From the NCBI GenBank assembly GCA_964504985.1, contig CAZDFU010000002.1, positions 11,782 to 75,781 of the forward strand: a stretch of DNA of 64,000 nucleotides, in the 5' to 3' direction. The notes beneath the pieces were generated by a model that saw only the letters and a list, made by a program, of their open reading frames with translations, was not told the DNA's origin and made no database searches. This document shows positions 46,931 through 57,622 of the stretch, one piece after another; position 1 is the stretch's first letter, and the number at the start of each line of letters is the position of its first letter. The position numbers and the translations under genes were made by a program. The DNA comes from an uncultured Gammaproteobacteria bacterium. Lineage in GTDB: Bacteria; Patescibacteriota; Microgenomatia; Daviesbacterales; UBA10151.

Positions 46931-48142
46931 CTACACTTTTTTATCTTCATTTTCTTTCAATGCTTCTTCTAATTGTTCTTTTTCTTCTTTCTCATTTTCT
47001 TCATCAACTGCTCTTTCCAAAACTTCCCCTGCTTCCTCAGCTTTTTGCTTTTCCTCCCCAGTTGTTGCATTTTCTTCTGCTTCTTTCACTTCCTCTTCTA
47101 TTTGTTGCTTTTCTTCTTCCTTGGTTTCTGCCTGAGGCTCAGAGCCGGGGGCCTTTACGCTTTCGCTCTCTATTTCCGGTTCTTCTGCTCCTTCAATATC
47201 AATCTTCCAACCTGTTAATTTGGCAGCCAGCCTGACATTTTGCCCTTTTTTTCCTATGGCCAAAGACAATTGGGATTGAGGTACAGTGACTGTTGCCACC
47301 CTATTATCCTCATCTAACCTAACCTGGATATCTTTGGCAGGAGACAGGGCTCCAGCAATAAATCTGGCAGGATCATCCGAATAGGAAATAATATCAATCT
47401 TTTCATCCCCCAGCTCACTCATCACAGCTTGAACCCTGACTCCTTTTTGTCCTACTAGCGAACCTACCGGGTCAACACCTTCTTGGGTGGAAACCGCTGC
47501 AATCTTAGATCTGGAACCAGCCTCCCTGGCAATCACCTTAATCTCAACTGCACCTGATTGAATTTCAGGAACCTCTAAAGCAAATAGGGCTTTTACTAAA
47601 GCTGGATCTGAGCGGGAAACTACCACTTCTGATCCTCTGCCTCCTTCTTTTATTTCTTTAACCAAAAACTTTAATCTTTGATTTTGAATATAAGTTTCAT
47701 TGTGAACTTGCTCAGATGGAGGTAATACCCCTTCAGCACGGCCTAAATCTATAAAATAAGTATTGCCTTCCTGCCTTTGAATACTGCCTGAGATAACAGT
47801 CCCTACTTTGCTTTCATATTCTGCCAGAATAGCCCCTCTTTCAGCTTCATTTAATTTTTGCATAATTACCTGCTTTGCAATTGAGGCAGCAATTCTGGCA
47901 AATCCAGGAGGAGTAATATTTTTATCCTTGTCAAAAATAGAAATCTCACCAGTTACAGGGTCTACCTTAGAGGTAAATTGCTCAAAATCTTCTGGAATTA
48001 CCTCATTCCTCAAAGTTAAATCTTTTTTATAGGCAGCTAAGGCAGCCTGACGGATGGCATCTAACACCACCTCTACATCTACCCCTTTTTCAGAGGCTAT
48101 TTGATTTAATGCTGCAGCAAATTCTGTTCTAGCTTGAGCCAT
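46931..48142 (-). CDS. nusA: Transcription termination/antitermination factor NusA with acidic C-terminal tail
   Basis: NusA N-terminal, S1 and KH1/KH2 domains; ~90-aa E/K-rich tail. Confidence 0.9.
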   Translation of the reverse strand: MAQARTEFAAALNQIASEKGVDVEVVLDAIRQAALAAYKKDLTLRNEVIPEDFEQFTSKVDPVTGEISIFDKDKNITPPGFARIAASIAKQVIMQKLNEAERGAILAEYESKVGTVISGSIQRQEGNTYFIDLGRAEGVLPPSEQVHNETYIQNQRLKFLVKEIKEGGRGSEVVVSRSDPALVKALFALEVPEIQSGAVEIKVIAREAGSRSKIAAVSTQEGVDPVGSLVGQKGVRVQAVMSELGDEKIDIISYSDDPARFIAGALSPAKDIQVRLDEDNRVATVTVPQSQLSLAIGKKGQNVRLAAKLTGWKIDIEGAEEPEIESESVKAPGSEPQAETKEEEKQQIEEEVKEAEENATTGEEKQKAEEAGEVLERAVDEENEKEEKEQLEEALKENEDKKV

Positions 48143-48183
48143 AATTTAGTTATTAGTTGGTAGTTATTAGTCCGTACTTAATT

Positions 48184-48208
48184 AAAAAGGTGGGACTAGC
48201 CCACCTTT
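48184..48208 (-). terminator. Rho-independent terminator (GGTGGG-acta-GCCCACC flanked by A-run and T-run) after dnaJ
   Basis: Read directly; U-tract follows the hairpin on minus-strand RNA. Confidence 0.7.
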
Positions 48209-48306
48209 CAGGTCCCCTGACTATTAACAAAGGTATTTTAATCTTATCTTAAATTGAAGTCAAGCTATTAAGCGTCTAAGTAAAGGGGGACTAAATCATG
48301 CTGATA

Positions 48307-49227
48307 TTAAAACCAACCCTTTTTCTTACCCTGAAGGTTATATAATTCTTCATATAATTGTCTTTCCTGTTTTGAGGGGTTTTTGGGAACCTCCAAATTT
48401 ACCCTGACATAGTGATCCCCGTGACCTGCAGAACCTAAACGCGGAGCACCTTTGCCTTTAAGTTTTACCAAAGACCCTGGTTGAGTACCAGGAGGAACCT
48501 TTACTTTAACTTTTCCATGTACAGTATTTACTTCAAATATATCTCCTAAGACCAGCTGAGGAATATTGACTGTAATTTCAGAAAAAATATCAGACCCTTC
48601 TCTTAGAAACTCAGGGTGGCGGCTGACTTGAAAAATAATATCCAGCCCGTCAGATGAGGAACCAAACCTCATTTTCGTACCAGAATCCACCCCTGCCGGC
48701 ACTTTAATCTTCATCCTCTTTCTCTCCAGTCTTCCCTGGCTGCCTCTTGATTCAACTTCAACTTCTTTGGTAACCCCTTTTATTGCCTCATCAAAACTTA
48801 AGTTCAACTGATAAGTTGGTCTTCTTCTATAAGTTTCTCCAAACCCACCCATGCCAAAAATTTGTTCAAACAGCTCAAATGGATCCTCAAATCCCCCAAA
48901 ATCCCCTCCAAAAGCAGATCCCCCTGAAGATGACCAGCTATAAGTTCTAAAACCACCCTGACCCCCAAACGGACCGCCTCCACCAAAGCCCCCTCCTGAA
49001 GAAGAGGTAAAGGCAGAATGGCCAAGCTGATCATATTGTTTTCTTTTTGAAGAATCAGACAAAACCTGATAGGCCTCAGATACTTCTTTAAATTTCTCGC
49101 CAGCCCCGGCATTTTTGTCTACATCCGGATGATGTTTTCTGGCCAATTTACGGTAAGCAGATTTTATCTCATCCTCAGAAGCTGATTTGGGTACACCAAG
49201 TATTTCGTAATAATCTCTTTTTGTCAT
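48307..49227 (-). CDS. dnaJ: DnaJ-family co-chaperone, type II (J-domain, G/F-rich region, C-terminal substrate-binding domains; no CxxCxGxG zinc-finger domain)
   Basis: DYYEILGV...HPD motif; G/F-rich linker; 306 aa. Confidence 0.85.
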   Translation of the reverse strand: MTKRDYYEILGVPKSASEDEIKSAYRKLARKHHPDVDKNAGAGEKFKEVSEAYQVLSDSSKRKQYDQLGHSAFTSSSGGGFGGGGPFGGQGGFRTYSWSSSGGSAFGGDFGGFEDPFELFEQIFGMGGFGETYRRRPTYQLNLSFDEAIKGVTKEVEVESRGSQGRLERKRMKIKVPAGVDSGTKMRFGSSSDGLDIIFQVSRHPEFLREGSDIFSEITVNIPQLVLGDIFEVNTVHGKVKVKVPPGTQPGSLVKLKGKGAPRLGSAGHGDHYVRVNLEVPKNPSKQERQLYEELYNLQGKKKGWF

Positions 49228-49287
49228 AATACCTTCCTCTCATCCGCGTCTATTATACGATAGATCTGTTAATTAGCACACCGAATT

Positions 49288-49314
49288 AAAAAGCCTCGGT
49301 TGCCCGAGGCGTTT
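49288..49314 (-). terminator. Rho-independent terminator (GCCTCGG-ttgc-CCGAGGC plus U-tract) between the small ORF and dnaJ
   Basis: Read directly from sequence. Confidence 0.7.
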
Positions 49315-49339
49315 AAAAATTTTATCCCCGCCGGTTTAT

Positions 49340-49573
49340 CTATCCAGGCGGTAAATTTTTCCGGAATCTGCGTGTAGTCCCATTGTAAAAACTTAGGCTT
49401 GTTATAACTCTAGGTTTCCTTGGTGGTTTACCCTTCTTTTGTTCCCTTCTGATTCTCTCGTAAGTTGTGTGCATAGATTCCTCAGGAGGGAAAATAGGCC
49501 CGGAAGGAAGATCAATAATTGGCGCTCCCCCTATATCATCTATCCTGCAGTTTACTCTTTCTTGATTACCCAT
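49340..49573 (-). CDS. Small basic hypothetical protein (77 aa) translationally coupled to dnaK (TAATG stop/start overlap)
   Basis: Start codon overlaps the dnaK stop; Lys/Arg/Pro-rich; followed by a terminator. Confidence 0.4.
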   Translation of the reverse strand: MGNQERVNCRIDDIGGAPIIDLPSGPIFPPEESMHTTYERIRREQKKGKPPRKPRVITSLSFYNGTTRRFRKNLPPG

Positions 49574-51474
49574 TATTTTTTTTCTTCCTCAACAACCTCA
49601 CCTTCCACAGCCTCTTCTGTTTTAGGAGCTTCTCCACTTTGTTCTGGTTGAGGTTGTTCTGCTCCACCAGGTTGCCCTTGTTGACCTTGGTACATGGCAG
49701 ATCCTACTTTTTGCAGCACCTCACCTAAGGCATCACCTTTTTTCTTAATATCATCAACATTATCACCTTTTAAGGCTTCCTTTAATTCATTTAACTTCTG
49801 TTCAACTTCAGTCCTAACATCTGCAGGCACCTTATCACCTTGGTCTTTTAAGGTTTTTTCTGTTTGGTAAACTAAGCCATCCGCTATATTTTTTGTTTCA
49901 ATCCCCTCTTTTTTCTTTTTATCTTCCTCAGCATGAGCTTCTGCCTCTTTGGTCATTTTCTCAACTTCATCTTTATCCAAACCTGTTGAACCCTGAATGG
50001 TAATCTTTTGTTCTTTATTTGTGGCCTTATCTTTAGCAGATACATTTAAGATACCATTGGCATCGATATCAAATGTTACTTCAATTTGAGGTACACCTCT
50101 GGGCGCCGGTGGAATACCATCTAAGATAAACTTACCCAAAGATTTGTTGTCAGCTGCCATCTCTCTTTCGCCCTGTAAAACATTAATTTCCACTCCTGGT
50201 TGGTTATCAGCAGCTGTTGAAAAAGTTTCTGATTTGGAAGTTGGAATAGTGGTATTTCTGGAAATCAAAGGTGTTCTGACTCCACCCAATGTTTCTATGC
50301 CCAAAGTTAAAGGAGTAACGTCTAAAAGCAAGACATCTTTAACTTCCCCGCCTAATACTCCACCCTGGATAGCTGCCCCAACAGCCACCACTTCATCCGG
50401 GTTAATACCTTTATGAGGCTCTTTGCCAAAAAATTCCTGTACAGCTTTTTGAACTGCCGGCATCCTGGTCATACCTCCAACCAGAACCACCTCATCAACT
50501 TCTTTTGGATCATGTTTCGAGTCCTTCAGGGAAGCTTTAACAGCCTCAAATGTTTTATCAATCAAAGGCTTAACCATAGCTTCAAGTTTTGCCCTTGATA
50601 ATTTCATCTCCAAATGTTTCGGACCTTCTGAACCAGCTGTGATAAATGGGATTGAAATTTCTGCTTCCATTGAAGAAGAAAGCTCAATTTTGGCCTTTTC
50701 TGCTGCATCTCTTAGTCTTTGCAAAGCCTGTCTGTCACTTTTAAGATCTATTCCTTCGGTCTTTTTGAATTCATCGCTCAACCAGTCAATAATAACTTGG
50801 TCAAAATCATCTCCGCCCAAATGAGTATCACCATTTGTGGACTTTACCTCAATTACTCCATCACCCAGTTCTAATACAGAGATATCAAAAGTTCCACCGC
50901 CAAGGTCATATACAGCAATTGTATGAGCATGGGATTTGTCTAAACCATAAGCTAGCGCAGCTGCAGTTGGCTCATTGATGATTCTTTGCACATTAAGCCC
51001 TGCAATTTCTCCTGCTTGCTTGGTAGCCTGCCTTTGGGCATCATCAAAATAGGCCGGTACTGTAATCACAGCATCTGTAACTTTTTCTCCTAAATAAGAT
51101 TCAGCATCTGTTTTGATTTTTTGTAAAATTTGAGCTGAAATTTCCTGCGGGGTATATTCATGGCCTTCAACTTCCACAACAGCCATATTATTTTTGCCTG
51201 ATTTTATGGTATAAGGCAGCCATTCTTTATCTCTTTTAACTTCAGGATCATCAAACTTTCTTCCCATTAATCTTTTGACAGAAAAAATTGTTTCTTTGGG
51301 GTTAACTATAGATTGTCTTTTAGCAACCCTTCCTACAATGTTTTTAATAGGATTAACAACAGAAGGAATTGTATTCTCCCCTTCAGCGCTATGAATAACT
51401 TTGGGTTTTCCACCCTCCATTACTGCCACACAAGAATTTGTTGTACCTAAATCAATACCAATGATCTTAGCCAT
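49573..51474 (-). CDS. dnaK: Chaperone DnaK (Hsp70)
   Basis: Start placed at [18 protein letters not shown]; full Hsp70 signatures. Confidence 0.95.
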   Translation of the reverse strand: MAKIIGIDLGTTNSCVAVMEGGKPKVIHSAEGENTIPSVVNPIKNIVGRVAKRQSIVNPKETIFSVKRLMGRKFDDPEVKRDKEWLPYTIKSGKNNMAVVEVEGHEYTPQEISAQILQKIKTDAESYLGEKVTDAVITVPAYFDDAQRQATKQAGEIAGLNVQRIINEPTAAALAYGLDKSHAHTIAVYDLGGGTFDISVLELGDGVIEVKSTNGDTHLGGDDFDQVIIDWLSDEFKKTEGIDLKSDRQALQRLRDAAEKAKIELSSSMEAEISIPFITAGSEGPKHLEMKLSRAKLEAMVKPLIDKTFEAVKASLKDSKHDPKEVDEVVLVGGMTRMPAVQKAVQEFFGKEPHKGINPDEVVAVGAAIQGGVLGGEVKDVLLLDVTPLTLGIETLGGVRTPLISRNTTIPTSKSETFSTAADNQPGVEINVLQGEREMAADNKSLGKFILDGIPPAPRGVPQIEVTFDIDANGILNVSAKDKATNKEQKITIQGSTGLDKDEVEKMTKEAEAHAEEDKKKKEGIETKNIADGLVYQTEKTLKDQGDKVPADVRTEVEQKLNELKEALKGDNVDDIKKKGDALGEVLQKVGSAMYQGQQGQPGGAEQPQPEQSGEAPKTEEAVEGEVVEEEKK

Positions 51475-51949
51475 TTTGTTGTTCCTTTCTTCCAACTACC
51501 ACCTGCACTGGTCTTAAAACTTTACCATTTAAAGTATACCCTTTTCTTACGACTTCTAATATTTTATTATCTTCACCCTCCCTTGTGTCAACTGCTTCAT
51601 GAAAGGAAGGATCAAATTGTCCCTCTGCTGCAATTTCATCCAACCCTTCAGATTGCAAAATTTGCTTAAATTCCTTAACTGCCAACTCTACTCCCTGAAA
51701 CCAAGCCTTTGACTCATTCTGTCCACTCAGGGTGGATCCACCATGATCAACTACCTGCTCCAGATGATCTAGAACTGGCAATAACCTTTTTAAAAGCTGC
51801 GCCCCTACAAAACTTGTTAACTCTGATCTGCCTTCACTAACCCTTTTTTCTAAATTCTGGTAATCAGCCACAGCTCTTTTAAGCTGACTCTCCAACTCTA
51901 TAACTTTCTGCTCTAATTGTTCTACTTTGTTTTCTTGTTTTTTGCCCAT
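51467..51949 (-). CDS. grpE: Nucleotide exchange factor GrpE
   Basis: 160 aa; coiled coil plus beta domain; position between hrcA and dnaK. Confidence 0.85.
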   Translation of the reverse strand: MGKKQENKVEQLEQKVIELESQLKRAVADYQNLEKRVSEGRSELTSFVGAQLLKRLLPVLDHLEQVVDHGGSTLSGQNESKAWFQGVELAVKEFKQILQSEGLDEIAAEGQFDPSFHEAVDTREGEDNKILEVVRKGYTLNGKVLRPVQVVVGRKEQQNG

Positions 51950-51979
51950 ATTTTTAGTACTTAGATACTATAATCTCCT

Positions 51980-52708
51980 TTAAGCTCTCATAGCTTCTAC
52001 TAATAAATTCCTCACATATTTAACATAAGGCAGGACTAAGGCAAAATTCATCCTGGCAGGCCCTATTACTCCGATTACTCCTTCTTTTTCAGGATCCAGC
52101 TCATATCTGGTAAATACAAACCCTGTTGAATGCAAATTCTCAAACTCCATATCTTCTCCAAATAAGATATGAATTAGATCAGCCCCCTGGGCCCGGCCGA
52201 TGATATTTTGCAGTCTGGGGAATTCATCAAACAACCCCAATACATACCTAGTTACATCAATATCATAAAACTCCGGCCAATCCAAGATATTGGCTGCTCC
52301 TGCATAATAAACCTGTCCCCCGCTATCCACAGCCAAACCCAGCATATCGCAGCGCTTTGCCAAAGCCTTAACAGCTTCTTTTAAAAGCTGCTCGTGTTTA
52401 TGTCTTTGTGACATAAGAGCGTCTTTAATTGAGACTTCTGCTGTAACAGGCAGCTGTTTTTCCTTCATCAGCTCTGAAACATACAGCCTAAAACCCATTG
52501 ATGTAGGTACCCTGCCTGCAGAAGTATGAGGCTGGCGCAGATACCCGGACTCAGTTAAACGGACCATCTCAATTCTGATAGTGGCAGGGGAAACCCCCAA
52601 ATTATACTTGCGCTCAATCACTTCAGAACTGACCGGCTCTGCTGTCTCAATATATTCCTCAATAATTGCTTTTAAAAGTGCTTTTTGCCTGTCTGTTAAG
52701 ACTATCAT
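51980..52708 (-). CDS. hrcA: Heat-inducible transcription repressor HrcA
   Basis: Start placed at MIVLTDRQKALLKAIIEEYIETAEPVSS; winged-helix N-domain; 243 aa. Confidence 0.88.
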   Translation of the reverse strand: MIVLTDRQKALLKAIIEEYIETAEPVSSEVIERKYNLGVSPATIRIEMVRLTESGYLRQPHTSAGRVPTSMGFRLYVSELMKEKQLPVTAEVSIKDALMSQRHKHEQLLKEAVKALAKRCDMLGLAVDSGGQVYYAGAANILDWPEFYDIDVTRYVLGLFDEFPRLQNIIGRAQGADLIHILFGEDMEFENLHSTGFVFTRYELDPEKEGVIGVIGPARMNFALVLPYVKYVRNLLVEAMRA

Positions 52709-52734
52709 TAGCACTAAGATACCATGAGTGCTAA
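52708..52734 (-). promoter_or_regulatory. CIRCE operator (TTAGCACTC-N9-TAGTGCTAA on the minus strand) overlapping the hrcA start codon
   Basis: Left half 9/9 and right half 8/9 match to the CIRCE consensus; -35 TTGACA at 52744-52739 immediately upstream. Confidence 0.8.
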
Positions 52735-52747
52735 CTCTTGTCAAGGA

Positions 52748-53986
52748 CTAAACAACCAGTTCTTTGCCCTGATATTGCCTTAAACTTTTACTTTTCCAGG
52801 CGATAATTGAAGTAATGGCAATTACTCCTACTCCTCCAACTACTACTGTGGCTGGTCCTCCAATCAACTTCGTTAAAAAGCCAGCTTCAATTTCCCCAAG
52901 CTGGGGTCCCCCCTGAAAGAAAATCCTGGTGACTGAGGACATCCTGCCCCTTAGATGATCAGGAGTAACCATCTGCCTGATAGTATTTCTAATAATAGTT
53001 GAAATCATATCCCCAAATCCTACCAAAGTTAGAAATATTAGAGAAAGAGGCAATGTTTTAGACAAACCAAAGGCCACAGTTGAAACACCATATAAAATTA
53101 TTGATCCGATAATGAGTTGACCCTGATGTTTCAGCTTATGATGTAAAGCTGCAATAAGCAAACCTGCCAGAATTCCACCAATTGCAGGCGCTGCGTACAA
53201 AAGCCCTAACCCCGAAGGCCCTACATGCAAAACTTCTTTGGCAAATACAGGCAAAAGTATTGTTGCTTCGCCAAAAAAGGTAGCTAAAAAATCCAGAATC
53301 ATAGTTGAATAAAGGATAGGGCTGGATAAAACAAATTTAATACCTTCCCATACAGAAGACAGGCTAAATTCAACTTCTTCTTGATCATGCTTTTGTAAAC
53401 TAACCTTAATGGATAAAATTGAGACAACAAAAAATATAAAAGAGAAAGCATTAAGGAGGTATATGACAGATACCCCTGTCAGGCCAATTAAAAACCCCGC
53501 AATGGCTGGGCCAATCATGATGGTAGTTTGCCACTGCAGGCTAGCCAATGAAACTGCATTCATAAATAACCTTTTTGGCACCAGATGAGGCAAAAGAGCC
53601 TGTCTGGCTGGAATGGAGAAGGACTGAGCTGTTGCTATAAAAAATAGGATAATATAGATCAGCCAAGGGTTAATCAGATGATAAAAACTTAAGGTAAAAA
53701 GGATACCGGCTAAGATAGCCTGGGCTATCTGGCTTGTTATTAAAAGCTTTTTCCTATCTACCTTATCAGCTACCAGTCCTCCTATCAGGGAAAAAAGTAA
53801 AATCGGCAGAAGGTTTGCTACCCCTATTAATCCCAATGAAATAGGGTTTCTGGTTAATTCATAAACTTGCCATGCAACAGCCACAATCTGCATCTGATTG
53901 CCTATTTCCGAAAGAAACGCTCCTAGCAAATAGTTTCTATAAGGGGTTATTTTAAGAGCAAGAAAAGGAGAAATTTTATCATTCAT
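52748..53986 (-). CDS. MFS transporter
   Basis: 12 predicted TM helices; 412 aa. Confidence 0.75.
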   Translation of the reverse strand: MNDKISPFLALKITPYRNYLLGAFLSEIGNQMQIVAVAWQVYELTRNPISLGLIGVANLLPILLFSLIGGLVADKVDRKKLLITSQIAQAILAGILFTLSFYHLINPWLIYIILFFIATAQSFSIPARQALLPHLVPKRLFMNAVSLASLQWQTTIMIGPAIAGFLIGLTGVSVIYLLNAFSFIFFVVSILSIKVSLQKHDQEEVEFSLSSVWEGIKFVLSSPILYSTMILDFLATFFGEATILLPVFAKEVLHVGPSGLGLLYAAPAIGGILAGLLIAALHHKLKHQGQLIIGSIILYGVSTVAFGLSKTLPLSLIFLTLVGFGDMISTIIRNTIRQMVTPDHLRGRMSSVTRIFFQGGPQLGEIEAGFLTKLIGGPATVVVGGVGVIAITSIIAWKSKSLRQYQGKELVV

Positions 53987-54061
53987 TTTAAAGGACTTAA
54001 GTATACAAAAAAATTGTACCTAATTGTATACCAAACGCATCCTTAAATTATTGTCCGTTTG

Positions 54062-54082
54062 TACTATAACTGACATATAGTA
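54062..54082 (+). promoter_or_regulatory. Inverted repeat TACTATA-N7-TATAGTA just before the nadK start (candidate operator)
   Basis: Seen in sequence in the divergent MFS/nadK intergenic region. Confidence 0.3.
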
Positions 54083-54092
54083 TCATTTGCTT

Positions 54093-54815
54093 ATGAAAGT
54101 TGTAATTGTTGGTAAAGACACCTCTGAGATTGAAAAGAAAGTTAGAAATGCGGGTTTTGAAGTAGTAAAAGAAAACCCTGAAATAACCATAAGTTACGGA
54201 GGAGACGGTACATTATTGCATGCAGAAAGACAGTTCCCAGGTATTCCCAAACTGCCAATAAGAAATAGTAATATTTGTAAAAAATGTTCCAATCATGAAG
54301 ATGAGGTATTATTAAAAGACTTACTGGAAGGAAAGCTGCAGCTTAAAGAATATCAAAAACTGGAAACAACAATTTATTATAAAAAGTTTTTTGCCCTAAA
54401 TGATTTTGTCATCAGAAATATTGAACCTATTCATGCTATCCGTTTTAAAATTCTTCAAAATAATATATCCGGATGGCAGTTGTATATTGGTGATGGAATT
54501 GTTTTATCCACCTCTTTTGGTTCAACCGGCTATTTTAAAAGTATTACCGGTGAATCTTTTGAAAAACCTCAAAAGTGGGGTTTAACCTTTAATAACATCA
54601 CTGAAAAGAGAAATCCTATCTATCCGGGAGATGGTGGCCAAATTGGATTTAAATTAGTCCGGGGTAAAGCCACTTTGTCTTTTGATAACAGTCCCAATAT
54701 ACTTACCCTTGATGAAAACTCAGAAGTTAGCTTCAAACTCTCAGATCAAGTTGCCAAAATATATGCAGCTGAAAGCTTACGCTGCCTAATCTGCCAAATA
54801 AACTTCCGCGGATAG
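54093..54815 (+). CDS. nadK: NAD+ kinase
   Basis: GGDGTLL motif, NDFVI, DGIVLSTSFGSTGY; start taken at ATG 54093 (MKVVIVGKD). Confidence 0.8.
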   Translation: MKVVIVGKDTSEIEKKVRNAGFEVVKENPEITISYGGDGTLLHAERQFPGIPKLPIRNSNICKKCSNHEDEVLLKDLLEGKLQLKEYQKLETTIYYKKFFALNDFVIRNIEPIHAIRFKILQNNISGWQLYIGDGIVLSTSFGSTGYFKSITGESFEKPQKWGLTFNNITEKRNPIYPGDGGQIGFKLVRGKATLSFDNSPNILTLDENSEVSFKLSDQVAKIYAAESLRCLICQINFRG

Positions 54816-54841
54816 AAACCTCCGGTTTTCTGCTAGTGATT
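54795..54841 (+). repeat. Parent copy of the duplicated segment (nadK 3' end plus convergent intergenic spacer) matching 14660-14750
   Basis: ataaacttccgcgga and cggttttctgctagtgat blocks are shared. Confidence 0.6.
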
Positions 54842-54857
54842 GTGAGCTGAGGTCAGG

Positions 54858-55829
54858 CTAAATAACTGTTGATTCCAAAAAATTCAGTTCTTTTTTGGAG
54901 GTATCAAAAGAAACCTTAATACCAACTGGCATGGGAATATTAACAGTAAAATGTCCAAAATCTAAGTTAGCCATAATGGGAAAATCAAAATCTTTTAAAA
55001 GGTCTAAAACCATCTCTTTTAAAGTAGGTTCTATAATTTCTTTTTCCCTGGCAGGTTTGATATAAGTCACCTTTCCAATTAAAAGACCGGAAATTTTATT
55101 AAAAATTCCTAAATATTTAAGTTGAGTAAGGTAACGTACTATATTGTATAGCTGTTCTCCAACCTCCTCCAGGTATAAAATATTTCCTTCAAAAGCATTA
55201 ATTGGCGGGAAATATTCTGTTCCAGCCAGCTGGCACATTAAATGCAAATTTCCACCAATAAGATGACCTGAGGCTTTCCCTTTTTGCCACTGCTCCCAAT
55301 CAGTTAAAGGATTTATGATCCCCGGTGGATCTGGCTTGGTTAAAAAATTCAGAAAAAATTGTTTATCTACTTCCAGCAAGCTTTCTTCCTCTGGTTTTAT
55401 TCCACCAAATCCAAAGGTAATATCATCCATATGAAATCCCACTATCTGACATTTTGTCAAAAAAGCCATATGAAAATTTGTGATATCACTCATGCCTATA
55501 AATGGTTTTGGGTTACTGCTTATCAGCTTATAGTCAAGATATTCCAAAACAGTAATGGCAGAATAACCTCCTGTCTGAGCCATAATTGCCTTAATGCTTT
55601 TATCAGAAAACATATTATTGATATCTTCTGCCACCTCTTTTGGGTTACCTGCCATCCACCATTTTTGTTTGCCTATTGTCTTACCCTCTTTAATCTTAAA
55701 TCCCAACTGCCGGATTACTCTTTTCCCTCTTTCATAATTTTCTTTAAAAGAAGGCAGCACAGGCAAAGACGGAGCCATAATTCCAATAGTTTCACCTATA
55801 TTCAGCTTAGGGGGTTTTACTATATTCAT
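54858..55829 (-). CDS. LD-carboxypeptidase (peptidase S66, LdcA/MccF family)
   Basis: GxMAPS, GMSDIT (Ser nucleophile) and DFGH motifs. Confidence 0.8.
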   Translation of the reverse strand: MNIVKPPKLNIGETIGIMAPSLPVLPSFKENYERGKRVIRQLGFKIKEGKTIGKQKWWMAGNPKEVAEDINNMFSDKSIKAIMAQTGGYSAITVLEYLDYKLISSNPKPFIGMSDITNFHMAFLTKCQIVGFHMDDITFGFGGIKPEEESLLEVDKQFFLNFLTKPDPPGIINPLTDWEQWQKGKASGHLIGGNLHLMCQLAGTEYFPPINAFEGNILYLEEVGEQLYNIVRYLTQLKYLGIFNKISGLLIGKVTYIKPAREKEIIEPTLKEMVLDLLKDFDFPIMANLDFGHFTVNIPMPVGIKVSFDTSKKELNFLESTVI

Positions 55830-55841
55830 GTATATATTCTA

Positions 55842-57614
55842 CTAACTTTTCAGAATGGCTAAAAATGCCTCTTGGGGGATTTCAACACGTCCTACCATCT
55901 TCATTTTTTTCTTGCCCTTTTTTTGCTTCTCAAGCAGTTTATCTTTTCTGGTTCTATCCCCGCCATATAACTTAGCAGTAACATCTTTTCTAAAAGAAGA
56001 CAATGTTTCCCTGGCTATGATTTTACCCCCAATAGCAGCCTGTACAGATATTTCAAAGTTCTGCCTTGGTAAAACTTCTTTTAACTTTTCAACCATATTT
56101 CTTCCAAAACTCTCAGCTTTTTGCCTGATCACAATTTGAGACAGCGCATCCACCTTTTCCCCGCCAACTAGGATATCAACCCTAACACAGCCTGCTTCCC
56201 TAAATTCCAAAAATTCCCAATCAAGCGAGGCAAACCCCGAAGATACTGATTTTAACCTATCGTAAAAATTGCTTACCATTTCAGATAATGGCATTTCATA
56301 AATCATTTCAACTTGAATCCCAAAATGCTCCATGGTAACAAATTTACCTCTTTTATCCTGAACCAATTCCATAACCGGACCAATATATGTTTGGGGTACA
56401 AAGATTCTTAATTTTACCCAGGGTTCTGAAATTTGGGAGAATTGCTCCAAAGAAGAAGGGCTGGAAAGAGGTTTACCGTCAACTAAATACTCAACTGAGG
56501 GTGCTGTTGCTAAAAGATCCACATTAAATTCTGTCAAAAGTCTTTCCTGAACAACTTCAGCATGCAAGAGTCCTAAAAATCCACACCTAAACCCAGCACC
56601 TAAAGCATCAGAGTGTTCGGGTAAATAAGAAAAAGCAGGGTCAGTCAATCTAAATTTAGCCAAAGCTTCTTTTAATTCAAAATAGTCTCCTGATTCAATA
56701 GGGTAAAGTCCAACATACACCATAGGCTTTACTTCTTTATAGCCAGGTAAAGGTTCCGTATCTAGCGTGGAACTAATGGTATCTCCCACTTTGACTAGAT
56801 CAGGCTCTTTTATACCGGTAGCTATATAGCCTATTTCTCCAGCTGTAAGTGAATCAGTTGCAACCAATTGAGGATTAAAATATCCTTTTTCCAATACCTG
56901 TCCTTCTGCTTTGGTTGCCAGAAACTTGATGAGGGAGCCACTTTTTGGCACTTCCCCTTCAAAAACTCTCACTTGGGCAACCACCCCTTTATATGAATCA
57001 AAAAAAGAATCAAATATCAAAGCTCTAAATGTCCACCTCGGGGGTGGAAGTGTAGCTGCACCTCGGGATTCTGAGGAAGGAATACATTCAATAATGGTTT
57101 TTAATAAATTTTCCACCCCCAACCCTGTTTTTCCAGAAACCAGCAGAATTTCAGATTCATCAAATCCGAATGTTTCAACTAGTTGTTTTTTTACTGATGC
57201 TATATCAGCTTGAGGCAAATCAACTTTGTTGATAACTGGTATTAAAGTTAAATTCTGCTCTAAGGCAGCCAAACCATGGGCCAAAGTTTGAGCCTGAATT
57301 CCCTGAGTAGCATCAACTAATAAAACCGCTCCCTCAACAGCAGCTAAAGCTCGGGACACCTCATAAGAAAAATCAACGTGACCTGGAGTATCAATCAAGT
57401 TTAGAATATAGGGTATAGCATTTAGAGTATAGTTCATTCTTACTGGCGCCAGTTTAATGGTGATACCGCGCTCGCGCTCCAAAGCCAGTGAGTCCAGAAT
57501 CTGCGGTTTTAACTTATCTTTTGGAATAGCTCCTGTTATTTCTAAAAGCCTGTCTGCCAAGGTGGATTTGCCATGATCAACATGGGCAATGATTGAAAAA
57601 TTCCTAATATTCAT
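55842..57614 (-). CDS. lepA: Elongation factor 4 (LepA)
   Basis: IIAHVDHGKSTLADRLL G-domain; LepA C-terminal domain; 590 aa. Confidence 0.95.
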   Translation of the reverse strand: MNIRNFSIIAHVDHGKSTLADRLLEITGAIPKDKLKPQILDSLALERERGITIKLAPVRMNYTLNAIPYILNLIDTPGHVDFSYEVSRALAAVEGAVLLVDATQGIQAQTLAHGLAALEQNLTLIPVINKVDLPQADIASVKKQLVETFGFDESEILLVSGKTGLGVENLLKTIIECIPSSESRGAATLPPPRWTFRALIFDSFFDSYKGVVAQVRVFEGEVPKSGSLIKFLATKAEGQVLEKGYFNPQLVATDSLTAGEIGYIATGIKEPDLVKVGDTISSTLDTEPLPGYKEVKPMVYVGLYPIESGDYFELKEALAKFRLTDPAFSYLPEHSDALGAGFRCGFLGLLHAEVVQERLLTEFNVDLLATAPSVEYLVDGKPLSSPSSLEQFSQISEPWVKLRIFVPQTYIGPVMELVQDKRGKFVTMEHFGIQVEMIYEMPLSEMVSNFYDRLKSVSSGFASLDWEFLEFREAGCVRVDILVGGEKVDALSQIVIRQKAESFGRNMVEKLKEVLPRQNFEISVQAAIGGKIIARETLSSFRKDVTAKLYGGDRTRKDKLLEKQKKGKKKMKMVGRVEIPQEAFLAILKS

Positions 57615-57622
57615 GGAGATTA

